64,000 bases of DNA, from assembly GCA_001818495.1 (NCBI GenBank), contig MHKS01000005.1, positions 12,288 through 76,287 on the forward strand, in the 5' to 3' direction. Of the stretch, positions 8,783 to 17,682 are shown piece by piece. The position numbers and the translations under genes were made by a program. Position 1 is the first letter of the stretch; each line of letters starts with the position of its first letter. This DNA comes from Candidatus Komeilibacteria bacterium RIFOXYD1_FULL_37_29 (GTDB taxonomy: Bacteria; Patescibacteriota; Patescibacteriia; UBA1558; GWA2-36-10). The notes under the pieces are model-generated. The model was not told where the DNA came from, did not search any database, and saw only the letters and a list, made by a program, of their open reading frames with translations.

Positions 8783-9883
8783 ATGAAAATCGTTTGCACG
8801 CAGGAAAATTTAAACAAAGGATTATCTCTGGTTTCTAATATTGCCAATAAGAGTTCTAATCTTCCTATTTTAAACAATGTTTTATTAAAAGCCGACAAAG
8901 AAGGATTAACTCTGATAACCACCGATCTAGAAATAGGTATTAAGGCTCTTGTGCGCAGCAAGATAGAGGAGCAAGGAGAATTTACCGTTGATGCTAAGCT
9001 ATTACACAATTTCGTTTCTTTCTTGCCCAAAGAAAATATCGAACTAAATTTACAAGAAGATAGTTTGGAAATAAAAAGTTCCAATCAAGAGACCTCTATT
9101 AAGGGTTTGGTGGCCGAAGATTTTCCTCTTATTCCAGACATGGAAAAAACCAATATGGTAGAATTGCCGGTGCAGGAATTTAAAAAAGGACTACACCAAG
9201 TTATTTTAGCGGCTTCTTTGGACACCTCTCGGATTGAGATAAATGCTGTAAATTTTGATTTTCAAAATAATAATTTAGTGTTGGCAGCCACCGACAGCTA
9301 TCGCCTGGCTGAAAAGAAATTAAAATTAGCCAATGGTCAAAAAACTAGTTTAATCATTCCTCTTAAAACCCTCCAGGAATTAAGTCGTATTTTAAACGAG
9401 CAAGCTGAAAAGAAATTAAAGATTTATTTTAATGATAATCAAATATTGTTTGAGTTTGACGGAGTAGAGTTGACCTCTCGAGTTATTGATGGAAAGTATC
9501 CAGACTATAATCAAATTATTCCCGCCCAATTTAAAACCGAAGCCAAGTGTGAAATTAATAAACTGGTTCCCGCTATAAAATCAGTGGCGTTATTTTGTAA
9601 ACAGGGTATCAACGATATTCGTTTGAGCTTAGACAGCAAGAAACAAAAAATAGTTATTGCCACCGCCTCTTCTCACACCGGCACTTCGGTAGCCAAGGTA
9701 GATGCTAAAATATCCGGTGAGGACAACGATATTGTTTTTAACTATCGCTATCTTTTGGATGGTTTGGCACAACTGGGCAGTAGTGAGGTTAATATAAAAA
9801 TGAACAACAACGCCTCTCCAGGATTATTACAGCCGGTCAATGATGATAAATATATTTATTTGGTCATGCCTATTAGGCAATAA
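8783..9883 (+). CDS. dnaN: DNA polymerase III beta sliding clamp
   Basis: 366 aa with three-domain clamp architecture, immediately after dnaA. Confidence 0.9.
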   Translation: MKIVCTQENLNKGLSLVSNIANKSSNLPILNNVLLKADKEGLTLITTDLEIGIKALVRSKIEEQGEFTVDAKLLHNFVSFLPKENIELNLQEDSLEIKSSNQETSIKGLVAEDFPLIPDMEKTNMVELPVQEFKKGLHQVILAASLDTSRIEINAVNFDFQNNNLVLAATDSYRLAEKKLKLANGQKTSLIIPLKTLQELSRILNEQAEKKLKIYFNDNQILFEFDGVELTSRVIDGKYPDYNQIIPAQFKTEAKCEINKLVPAIKSVALFCKQGINDIRLSLDSKKQKIVIATASSHTGTSVAKVDAKISGEDNDIVFNYRYLLDGLAQLGSSEVNIKMNNNASPGLLQPVNDDKYIYLVMPIRQ

Positions 9884-9904
9884 AAAGTCTAAAATAATCG
9901 CAAA

Positions 9905-9938
9905 GAAAAACAACTCGTCTTGGGGGGGGTTGTTTTTT
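9905..9938 (+). terminator. intrinsic terminator after dnaN
   Basis: AAAAACAAC-tcgtcttggggggg-GTTGTTTTTT. Confidence 0.5.
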
Positions 9939-10008
9939 AGTATTGACTTTGGCGCGTTGCCGTGTTAAGACTAGCCAAAAGTGTACCATAACAATTTAGG
10001 AGTAGAAT

Positions 10009-10851
10009 ATGCTAGATATACTAATGTTTTTAGTAGATTTGAGCTGGCATATTTTACAATATGTCTGGCAAGGGCTAGTGTGGTTTTTCCACCTGGAAGA
10101 ACGATTACTAATTTGGTTTGATGTTTGGGGTTGGTCAAACGCCTGGCAAATACCAATTATTTCTTTGGTTAATGCGGTGGTAATCGCTCTAGAGATTTTT
10201 GGCTATATTAATTTAGCTAAAATATTTAGAATTTTTAGAATCGTCAAATCTTTTTTTGGTCGTTTACTAGGTAGCCGACTACGCCGATTTTTCAAAAGAG
10301 TTATTCTCTTTATTAGAGAAAAGTTCTTTAGAAAAAAACCAAAAGATCAACCCTCTAAGGTTGCTAGACTACTAACCATTATTTCTCACGACAAGCCGAT
10401 TGGTTGTTTTGGTCTAGCCACCCTGACACTCATCCCCGAATGTCAAAAAGTTGCCTCCTTCATTTTTACTACTCAAAGAAAACGATTGGGACTTGGGGGC
10501 TACTTGTCTTTGTGTGCCGGTGGAACTACCCGTTTGACTTTGGTAGTTTATTTACCAATGGTTGTAGTCTGGTCAGTAATTGTCCTAGCTGTTAGCTGTC
10601 GGCTACTTAAGTGGTTAGTAGAAATTCGCTACGGATTTTTTAGCTGGCAACATCTTTTTGGTCAAGGCGTTTTGTTAATCAACCGTTTGAAGACAATATT
10701 TTTGTTTTCAATGCTAGCGATTTTTTTGCCCACTAGTTTTTTGTACCCAGTCGCTGGGTTATTGGTGTTTTGTCAGATCACCAAACTATTCATTGGTCGT
10801 CATTTTAGACAAAGACCACCAACAGTCACCTCCTCGGAGGAACAAGTTTAA
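10009..10851 (+). CDS. hypothetical multi-pass membrane protein (Arg/Phe/Trp-rich); GC-elevated
   Basis: An 843-nt ORF in about 42% GC DNA, followed by its own hairpin terminator; no family recognised. Confidence 0.5.
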   Translation: MLDILMFLVDLSWHILQYVWQGLVWFFHLEERLLIWFDVWGWSNAWQIPIISLVNAVVIALEIFGYINLAKIFRIFRIVKSFFGRLLGSRLRRFFKRVILFIREKFFRKKPKDQPSKVARLLTIISHDKPIGCFGLATLTLIPECQKVASFIFTTQRKRLGLGGYLSLCAGGTTRLTLVVYLPMVVVWSVIVLAVSCRLLKWLVEIRYGFFSWQHLFGQGVLLINRLKTIFLFSMLAIFLPTSFLYPVAGLLVFCQITKLFIGRHFRQRPPTVTSSEEQV

Positions 10852-10890
10852 CTGCGCTTTTTATCTTAGATAGGGGCGCAGTTTTCATTT
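10850..10890 (+). terminator. intrinsic terminator
   Basis: AACTGCGC-(18 nt)-GCGCAGTT followed by TTCATTTT. Confidence 0.55.
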
Positions 10891-10969
10891 TGATAACCCG
10901 CTTTACGTCACGTTTACTTGGTGGATAATGGGCTTTGCAATATTTTTTATTCTTTGTTATAATAGAAAT

Positions 10970-11062
10970 ACCTTTATTTAACTCTTGTCGAAGAGTTTTT
11001 GGAGGTAAAAACCTGTCTCATAGGACAGACCGGAAAACACTCTTGCGCGATTGGGGTGTTTT
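10970..11062 (+). ncRNA. candidate small structured RNA (unassigned family)
   Basis: Near-consensus promoter TTGCAA-17-TATAAT (10935-10963) with no ORF downstream on this strand. Three hairpins follow, two ending in U-runs (10979-11001 and 11035-11064). Confidence 0.25.
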
Positions 11063-11072
11063 TTGGTTATTT

Positions 11073-11098
11073 AAAAAATCCCGCTCGGCGGGATTTTT
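11073..11098. terminator. bidirectional terminator shared with the ferredoxin gene
   Basis: AAAAATCCCGC-tcg-GCGGGATTTTT. Confidence 0.6.
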
Positions 11099-11330
11099 AG
11101 TGGCTGATTCTAATAGTTGTTGTTGGACAGCTGGTGGCTATTTTTTGAAATTCCTCCAATTGGCTATCATTTATTTCTAGGACCCAGGCATTTCCTTCTT
11201 TCTTAGAGTTTTTCATTTGTACCAATCCATCGTCGCTATTGATGTCAAATATTTTTGGTAAGATATCAATACAGGTGCCACAGCCAATGCATTTACTTCG
11301 ATCTATATATATTTTATATTTTTTAGTCAT
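11097..11330 (-). CDS. 4Fe-4S ferredoxin
   Basis: 77 aa with CIGCGTC and a C-terminal CP cluster motif; overlaps the U32 gene by 8 nt. Confidence 0.75.
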   Translation of the reverse strand: MTKKYKIYIDRSKCIGCGTCIDILPKIFDINSDDGLVQMKNSKKEGNAWVLEINDSQLEEFQKIATSCPTTTIRISH

Positions 11331-12600
11331 AAATTTTTCTTGGTTTTATAATATAGAGGCCATCATTTTTTTTAACAGGTTTATCTACTGATATGGTAAT
11401 AGTTTGTCCAACCGGTGCTTCTGTGGTTTTTGATCCAGCGGCTAGGCGTAGAGATCTAACTTGTCCAAACAGCACGCCGGTGCTCGGCCCAGTAATAGAA
11501 TATTTGTCGTTTATTTTTATAGCTTGAGCATTGAGGAGTATCTCAGCCACTTTAATTTTGGGGAAATAATGTTGGACTGTGCCAGCAAAATATTTTTCTT
11601 CTGTGGCCTGACTATTTCCAGAAGCTGACCACTCATGGAGAGGCTTACCCAGATAATAGCCGTCGCTTAACCCGCGATTAAAAACTGTGCCCAACTTTTT
11701 TTCCCAGGCCAGAACCTTTTTTAAAGTATAAGTGTCAGAGTTAATGCTGTCTATAGCCTCTCGATAAGCTCTTACTACAGTAGCCACATATTCTGGCGAA
11801 CGACCTCGCCCTTCTATTTTAAGACTGCTGACTCCAGCGGCTAAAAAATCTTTTAAAAATCCAATAGCGCAGATGTCTTTGGGGCTCATGACAAATTCAT
11901 TATCCAAAACCATTTCTTTGTTGGTTTCTAGGTCGGTTACTCTGTAGCGGCGACGGCACATTTGACGACAAGCGCCACGATTGGCTGAAGAGTTCTCATT
12001 GTATAAACTCATCGAACAGCGGCCAGAAATACCAATGCACAGGGCGCCGTGGACAAAGGCTTCAATGGGAATTAAGTGGCCTGCGGGGTTAGTAATTTTT
12101 TGTTTGGTTATTTGCTTGGTAATTTCAGCAATCATTTTTAAGTTTAGCTCACGGGCCAAAACGATTTGATCAGCATATTGGCTAAAAAATTTTACGGCTT
12201 CAACATTGGAGACGGACAATTGGGTGGAAATATGAAGTGGCAGGCCAATCCGATGAGCATATTGGATAGCGGCCATATCAGAAACTATCACGGCGCTTAT
12301 TTTATTGACTTTGGCAGCATCAATTAAAGTACGCATCATTTTAAGATCAGTATCATAGAGCACTGTATTGACTGTCAAATAAGATTTTATTTTATGCTCT
12401 TGGCAAAGCTGGGCAATTTTTTTAAGATCAGCCAAATTAAAATTGGCTGCCGAAACAGAGCGCATGTTAATGTGGCCAACACCAAAGTACACTGCGTCAG
12501 CACCATTGTCTATCGCGGCCATTAGTGACTCATATGATCCGGCTGGAGCCAAGAGCTCCACTTGGTATTTTTTCTTTGGCATAATAGATATTTTTAGCAT
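11323..12600 (-). CDS. peptidase U32-family protein (TrhP/RlhA/UbiU-like Fe-S hydroxylase family); true start may be the Met at MPKKKYQVELLAPAG
   Basis: U32 signature EAFVHGALCIGISGRCSMS and the conserved N-terminal ELLAPAGS. Confidence 0.85.
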   Translation of the reverse strand: MLKISIMPKKKYQVELLAPAGSYESLMAAIDNGADAVYFGVGHINMRSVSAANFNLADLKKIAQLCQEHKIKSYLTVNTVLYDTDLKMMRTLIDAAKVNKISAVIVSDMAAIQYAHRIGLPLHISTQLSVSNVEAVKFFSQYADQIVLARELNLKMIAEITKQITKQKITNPAGHLIPIEAFVHGALCIGISGRCSMSLYNENSSANRGACRQMCRRRYRVTDLETNKEMVLDNEFVMSPKDICAIGFLKDFLAAGVSSLKIEGRGRSPEYVATVVRAYREAIDSINSDTYTLKKVLAWEKKLGTVFNRGLSDGYYLGKPLHEWSASGNSQATEEKYFAGTVQHYFPKIKVAEILLNAQAIKINDKYSITGPSTGVLFGQVRSLRLAAGSKTTEAPVGQTITISVDKPVKKNDGLYIIKPRKIYD

Positions 12601-12621
12601 ATATATTTTAACCCGTCCAGT

Positions 12622-12660
12622 AAAAAAAGAAAGCCCGCGCCCACACTAGGTGAACGCGGG
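12622..12660 (-). terminator. intrinsic terminator of the 12683-13519 gene (minus strand)
   Basis: On the minus strand CCCGCG-N15-CGCGGG is followed by CTTTCTTTTTTT. Confidence 0.6.
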
Positions 12661-12682
12661 TCGGGCCAAGGGCGTGATTGCC

Positions 12683-13519
12683 CTAGGATTGGTGAGTCGG
12701 GAGGAGCCAGTGTTTTCCCCGGCAAGCACCTTTCCATAGCCCTGCTATAACCAGGCATAGCAAAGTGATTAGTAACCCAGTGGCCACAAGAATGTTTATG
12801 GCCAAGGAAAGGGTCCATTGGCCGACTTGTCTAAGCAGTGGCCAGAAATATAAACGGCCGGTTGCCAGCAGGTGTTTGAGGCCCCTAGCAATTAGTAGTA
12901 GTAGCAACACGACCAAAGTCATCACGATGATGGAGACCGGATAAATTAGTGGAGTAAACAAGAAAATTAGTAGTGCCTGTTTAACCGAAAGGCTGGTAGT
13001 CAAGTTGGCTAGACCAGATAAAACAATAAGGGTGTAGAAAAACACCATCGTTGAACCAAAACCATAAGAAAAGGTATTTGGCACTTCATCATCATAAGTA
13101 CTAATCAGATAGTGACGTTTGGTGGCATCGAAATCAGAGGAAAAATAGGCCGATATGAAAACAGAAATTACGATGCTACTAATCACAAAAGTGTGTAAAT
13201 CGTAGCTAGACGAAAAGGCCGTGATAAACAGCGCTTGTAGAACAGCGCGTAGATAGCTGTGCCAGCGAGTTTTGTCCCAAAATGGTTGGAGGGCCAACGC
13301 GTTAGTTTTGACCCAGACGAAGATAAGCACCAATAAGCTGTTGGCTATGGGCCAAACTAACCAAGCTGGCGTGATCGGTGGGACAAGCCAAGGGGCCTGT
13401 TGGGGCAGAACTAAATTCCAAGGATGGAAAATAGCTACCAAGATTGAGAAAAGAAGAGAGACGAAAAAAGTCGTCGCACACCAGCGCCACATGATCATAT
13501 CCCTGATCGTGTAATTCAT
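12683..13519 (-). CDS. hypothetical polytopic membrane protein; strongly GC-shifted (about 48% against a 30-35% background)
   Basis: 278 aa with at least seven hydrophobic helices; no recognised family; has its own terminator. Confidence 0.55.
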   Translation of the reverse strand: MNYTIRDMIMWRWCATTFFVSLLFSILVAIFHPWNLVLPQQAPWLVPPITPAWLVWPIANSLLVLIFVWVKTNALALQPFWDKTRWHSYLRAVLQALFITAFSSSYDLHTFVISSIVISVFISAYFSSDFDATKRHYLISTYDDEVPNTFSYGFGSTMVFFYTLIVLSGLANLTTSLSVKQALLIFLFTPLIYPVSIIVMTLVVLLLLLIARGLKHLLATGRLYFWPLLRQVGQWTLSLAINILVATGLLITLLCLVIAGLWKGACRGKHWLLPTHQS

Positions 13520-13667
13520 TTTACTGCTCCTTGCGGTTTATATGTTATGTAATGAAACATCCTTGTTCAGAGTAATCTGACTATTTAAGGTTTACGACCC
13601 AATATACTATGATTAGCCAAATTTGTCAATTGAAAAAGCCGGGGTATTTTGATAGAATTAAGACATT

Positions 13668-14240
13668 ATGATTGCTTATCTAAAGGGGACAGTTATTAAA
13701 AAGCTTGATAAATCCATAATTCTTATAATTGGGGGTATTGGTTATGAGGTTTTTTTAAGTCGGCAAAATTTGGATAATATCAAAATAGATGAGGAAAGAG
13801 ATTTTTTTGTGCATTCTTATATCAAAGAAGATTTGTTTGATTTATATGGCTTTCCTTCTTGGGAGGAATTGAATTTTTTTAAAAAACTAATTGCTGTATC
13901 AGGTGTTGGTCCCAAGAGTGCTCTAAACGTTTTGGCGCTAGCCACAGTAGATGAATTAAAGCGAGCCATTACTAGCGGGGATTCTTCGCTTTTGCAACAG
14001 GTTTCGGGCATTGGTAAAAAAACCGCCGAGCGTTTGGTAGTAGAATTAAAAGAAAAATTTATCAGGGATTTATCAGAGGCCGGTTTAAAAATAGATGGAA
14101 ATAATCAAGTGATTGAAGCGTTGGTTTCTTTGGGTTATAAACAAATAGAAGCTCAAGAAACTATTAAGCATTTGCCAGTCGAAGAGAACGATTTGGCCAC
14201 CAAGATTAAACAAGCGCTCCAGTTAATTAATAAAAAATGA
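13668..14240 (+). CDS. ruvA: Holliday junction branch migration protein RuvA
   Basis: 190 aa with an OB-fold N-terminus, HhH pairs (GVGPKSAL, GIGKKTAE) and a C-terminal domain III. Confidence 0.9.
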   Translation: MIAYLKGTVIKKLDKSIILIIGGIGYEVFLSRQNLDNIKIDEERDFFVHSYIKEDLFDLYGFPSWEELNFFKKLIAVSGVGPKSALNVLALATVDELKRAITSGDSSLLQQVSGIGKKTAERLVVELKEKFIRDLSEAGLKIDGNNQVIEALVSLGYKQIEAQETIKHLPVEENDLATKIKQALQLINKK

Positions 14241-15250
14241 AATTAGTTTTAGATTATAAGCAGTATGATGATTTTTTAAAAGCCAGATTTGTTTCTGGCA
14301 ATTTTTTGCAGTCTAGTCTTTGGGAGGATTTTTTAAGTCGGCAAGGTTTAAAATTTTGGCGGGCGACGGTTTTAGAACAAGAAAAAAATATTGCCACCGG
14401 TCTTTTTTATGAAAAGAAATTACCTTTTAGTCGGGCCTATCTTTATGCTCCCAAGGGGCCGATTGTTGACTTGGGTATTTCTCAGACCGAGCAAAGGGAA
14501 GCACTAGAATTAATATTATCCAAAGCCAGAGATATTAGTATAGACACTAAAAAGCAAGAAGAGATATTTTTTAAGTTGGAATTAGAAAGCAGTAGCGGGC
14601 TTTTGAAAAATATAAAAAAATCAAAAGATATTCAGCCTCGCGACACCTGGGTTTTGGATTTGGATAAAGAGCAAAAAGATTTACTGGCCGTCATGCATCC
14701 AAAGACTAGATATAATATTGCCCTGGCTAATAAAAAAGGTGTCAAGGTCAGATTTTCTAAAAAAGAGGCAGACCTAAAATATTTTTTTCGTTTAAATAAA
14801 AAAACAGCTAGCCGCAATCAAATAACCACCCATCCGGATGATTATTATCAAAAATTATTTCAAGTACTAGTGGATAAAGATGCGGGAGAATTGGCTCTAG
14901 CGGAAATTGACGGGCAAATAGTCGCGGCCAATATATTGATTTATTTTGGCCAGTCGGCCACTTATTTACACGGCGCTTCTGATTATGCTTTTAGACAATA
15001 TATGGCCCCACAACTTTTGCAGTGGGAAAGTATCAAGCGGGCCCATAGTTTGGGAAAAAAGATTTATGATTTTTGGGGCATTGCACCCCAAGATGGTAGC
15101 AAGCCCAACTGGGAAGGCTTTAGTCGTTTTAAAAAATCTTTTGGCGGACGAGCCATTTATTCTCCGGGAGCCCATGATTTGATTTATGATTCTTTTTGGT
15201 ATACTCTCTATAATCTAAACACCAAAGTAAAATCTTTATTAAAAAAATAA
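14237..15250 (+). CDS. FemAB-family peptidoglycan interpeptide-bridge aminoacyltransferase
   Basis: 337 aa with the FemAB/GNAT-like fold; overlaps ruvA (ATGA) and sits beside a Mur ligase. Confidence 0.75.
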   Translation: MKLVLDYKQYDDFLKARFVSGNFLQSSLWEDFLSRQGLKFWRATVLEQEKNIATGLFYEKKLPFSRAYLYAPKGPIVDLGISQTEQREALELILSKARDISIDTKKQEEIFFKLELESSSGLLKNIKKSKDIQPRDTWVLDLDKEQKDLLAVMHPKTRYNIALANKKGVKVRFSKKEADLKYFFRLNKKTASRNQITTHPDDYYQKLFQVLVDKDAGELALAEIDGQIVAANILIYFGQSATYLHGASDYAFRQYMAPQLLQWESIKRAHSLGKKIYDFWGIAPQDGSKPNWEGFSRFKKSFGGRAIYSPGAHDLIYDSFWYTLYNLNTKVKSLLKK

Positions 15251-15257
15251 TATAGCC

Positions 15258-15986
15258 ATGATCAAAAAAGTCCTTATTTCAGCTGCTGGACGCGGCAGTC
15301 GGATGCTAGATTTATCCAAAGATAAGCCCAAGCATTTAATCGAAGCCAACGGTCGGCCGTTTTTGTATTATGTACTTAGTAATTTACAGGCTGCTGGTTT
15401 TGAAGAAATGATTATGGTAGTGGGTTACAAAAAAGAATTCATGGAGAATTTTTTGAAAACATATAAAAATGATTTTAAAATTACCTTAGTTAATCAGTTT
15501 GATATCTTAGGGGAAGATCGTTATGGTACGGCTTGCCCCCTAGAGTGTGCCAAAGATTTGTTAAAGGGAGAAAGTTTTTTGGCAATCTATGGTGACAATT
15601 TGTATGCCGTGGGTGATTTGAAAAGATTTAATATTGAAGACGACTATTCATATATAGCCGGCCTGCCCCATAATCATCCAGAAAATTATGGCGTTTTAGC
15701 AGTTGATAAAAATGGTTTTCTGGAAAGAGTGGTTGAAAAGCCAACTCATCCGATTGGTAACCTTATTAATACTGGTCTTTATAAATTTACGCCAGAAGTT
15801 TTTAAATATTTAGACAAGATTGATATTTCTCCACGTGGTGAATATGAGCTGACCGATGTGATAAATCTTTTGGCGTCTCAAGGAAAGGTCAAGGCCCTAG
15901 ATCTTCAAGATATTTGGTTGGATTTTGGTCGGCCGGAAGACATCAAAAAAGTAGAAGATTATTTAAACAGTCAGCCAAGTAAATAA
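15258..15986 (+). CDS. sugar-1-phosphate nucleotidyltransferase (GlmU N-terminal-like, no acetyltransferase domain)
   Basis: The N-terminal LISAAGRGSRM matches the (L)AAGKGTRM motif of NTP-transferase enzymes. Confidence 0.7.
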   Translation: MIKKVLISAAGRGSRMLDLSKDKPKHLIEANGRPFLYYVLSNLQAAGFEEMIMVVGYKKEFMENFLKTYKNDFKITLVNQFDILGEDRYGTACPLECAKDLLKGESFLAIYGDNLYAVGDLKRFNIEDDYSYIAGLPHNHPENYGVLAVDKNGFLERVVEKPTHPIGNLINTGLYKFTPEVFKYLDKIDISPRGEYELTDVINLLASQGKVKALDLQDIWLDFGRPEDIKKVEDYLNSQPSK

Positions 15987-15987
15987 A

Positions 15988-17295
15988 ATGGTTAAGCGGA
16001 TTTTGAAAAAATTTTTGGGAAGAAAGCTGTTGTTATTTTATCATTTGATTTTGGCCAAGCTGGCAGTTTTTTATTATCAAAAGCCCTCAGAGAAATTGTT
16101 AGTGATAGGAGTAACCGGTACCAATGGGAAAACGGCTACCGTAAATTTTGTGTCACAGTTTTTGGACAGCTTGGGACAAAAAAATGGCTTGGCTTCCACG
16201 GTCAATTTTAAAGTAGACGACAGACAGTGGCTCAACAAAAAGAAAATGACTATGTTGGGGCGTTTTCAAACGCAAAAACTTTTGGCTGATATGGTCAAAT
16301 CTGGTTGTCGGTACGCAGTGATTGAAACATCGTCTCAGGGAGTAGAACAATTTAGACACATTGGTATCAATTATGATTTACTGATTTTTACCAATCTTAC
16401 ACCCGAGCATATTGAAGCACACGGCAGTTTTGAAAATTATCGGATGTATAAAGAAAAATTATTTGAGCATTTGGTCCAGAGCCATATAAAAACTATCAGT
16501 GGCCAGAAGATAAAAAAAATAATTGTCTCCAACGCTGATGACATAGAAACAGAGCGCTTAAGAAAAATACCAGTCGATAAGTTTGTTACTTATTCCATTG
16601 ATCAGTCAGCTGATTTTCAGGCTACGGAGCTACAACTAGACAATGGAGTGACTTTTTCTGTTCATAATCAAAAAATAAAAACTAGCCTGATCGGTCGCTT
16701 TAATGTTTACAATGTTTTATCAGCCTTGGTTGCTGTAGTAACCTTGGGCTTTGATTTAAAAGTTTTATCTCAAACTAAACTTAGAGGTGTGCCCGGTCGT
16801 CAAGAATGGATTGATCAGGGTCAAGATTTTAAGGTGTTAATAGATTATGCTCCGGAGCCAGTGGGTTTAGAGCAACTTTATAAAACTTTGGAAAGGATAG
16901 AAAAGAATCGATTAATTCATGTTTTGGGTTCTTGTGGTGGTGGCCGAGACAAGGCTCGCCAGCCCATCATGGGGCAAATGGCCGGACAAAGGGCCGATAT
17001 AGTAATAGTCACCAATGAAGACCCCTACGATGATGATCCATTGGCTATTATTGATAATGTGGCCTCAGGAGCTATTAAAGCCGGCAAAACATTGGGTAAA
17101 AACCTTTTTAAGGTAAATGATCGATCAGGGGCTATTGGTCGAGCTATAGCTTTGGCTACTAAAAATGATTTGATTTTGATCACCGGTAAAGGAGCAGAAC
17201 AGTTTATTTGTGGACCCAATGGTCAAATGATGCCCCACGATGATAGGCTGGTTGTTCAGAAAGTTCTCAAAAACCTAATAAAATCTAGAAAATAG
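15988..17295 (+). CDS. Mur ligase-family protein, MurE-like (UDP-MurNAc-tripeptide synthetase)
   Basis: ATP-binding GVTGTNGKT and the Mur ligase central and C-terminal domains. Confidence 0.8.
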   Translation: MVKRILKKFLGRKLLLFYHLILAKLAVFYYQKPSEKLLVIGVTGTNGKTATVNFVSQFLDSLGQKNGLASTVNFKVDDRQWLNKKKMTMLGRFQTQKLLADMVKSGCRYAVIETSSQGVEQFRHIGINYDLLIFTNLTPEHIEAHGSFENYRMYKEKLFEHLVQSHIKTISGQKIKKIIVSNADDIETERLRKIPVDKFVTYSIDQSADFQATELQLDNGVTFSVHNQKIKTSLIGRFNVYNVLSALVAVVTLGFDLKVLSQTKLRGVPGRQEWIDQGQDFKVLIDYAPEPVGLEQLYKTLERIEKNRLIHVLGSCGGGRDKARQPIMGQMAGQRADIVIVTNEDPYDDDPLAIIDNVASGAIKAGKTLGKNLFKVNDRSGAIGRAIALATKNDLILITGKGAEQFICGPNGQMMPHDDRLVVQKVLKNLIKSRK

Positions 17296-17494
17296 GCGAT
17301 TTTTGGGTTTAAAAATGTGGCTTCTGTGGATAAACTGTAGGTAAATGGCTCTAGGTGTGCATAGAAAACCTTTATTTTTAAGGGAAAATAAACAATTTGA
17401 CAAAAAATTCCATTTGTATATAGAGACAATTTAGCTAAAATTAGCTATTTTTTGTTTTAAAAGCAACAGATTTATCAATTTTTGGTCAATACCC

Positions 17495-17523
17495 TTGACA
17501 ATGCTGTTCAAATTTGATAATAT
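17495..17523 (+). promoter_or_regulatory. sigma-70-like promoter of rpoB (TTGACA-17-TAATAT), giving a roughly 155-nt leader
   Basis: Hexamers and spacing read directly from the sequence. Confidence 0.4.
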
Positions 17524-17682
17524 TGGGCTATGAAATTTTTGGCCCCAAGCCTATTTTAAATAAAAATAAATATAATAACTGACCCGAAAATAGGGTGAGT
17601 TTATTTTTTGTGCCCACAATCTATCTTTAGATAATAAAGCCCCAAACAGGAGGCTAATTAAATAATATAATTAGCACTATTT

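Noticed and set aside
10215-10250. Short tandem repeat tttagaattttagaat
   Set aside because: Only two imperfect copies lying inside coding sequence (encodes FRIFRI); not a CRISPR or satellite array. No CRISPR-like arrays were seen anywhere in the window.
10935-11180. 81-aa plus-strand ORF
   Set aside because: It starts inside the promoter, runs through three hairpins and then antisense to the ferredoxin gene; treated as non-coding. The region is reported as an sRNA candidate instead.
12594-12818. 74-aa minus-strand ORF overlapping the terminator and the 3' end of the 12683-13519 gene
   Set aside because: It lies across a strong intrinsic terminator and out of frame with the real gene; a GC-rich-region artifact.
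9950-13560. Mobile-element borders for the GC-shifted block
   Set aside because: I looked for an integrase, transposase, direct repeats or a tRNA at the edges and found none, so I do not call a mobile element; I report compositional atypicality only.
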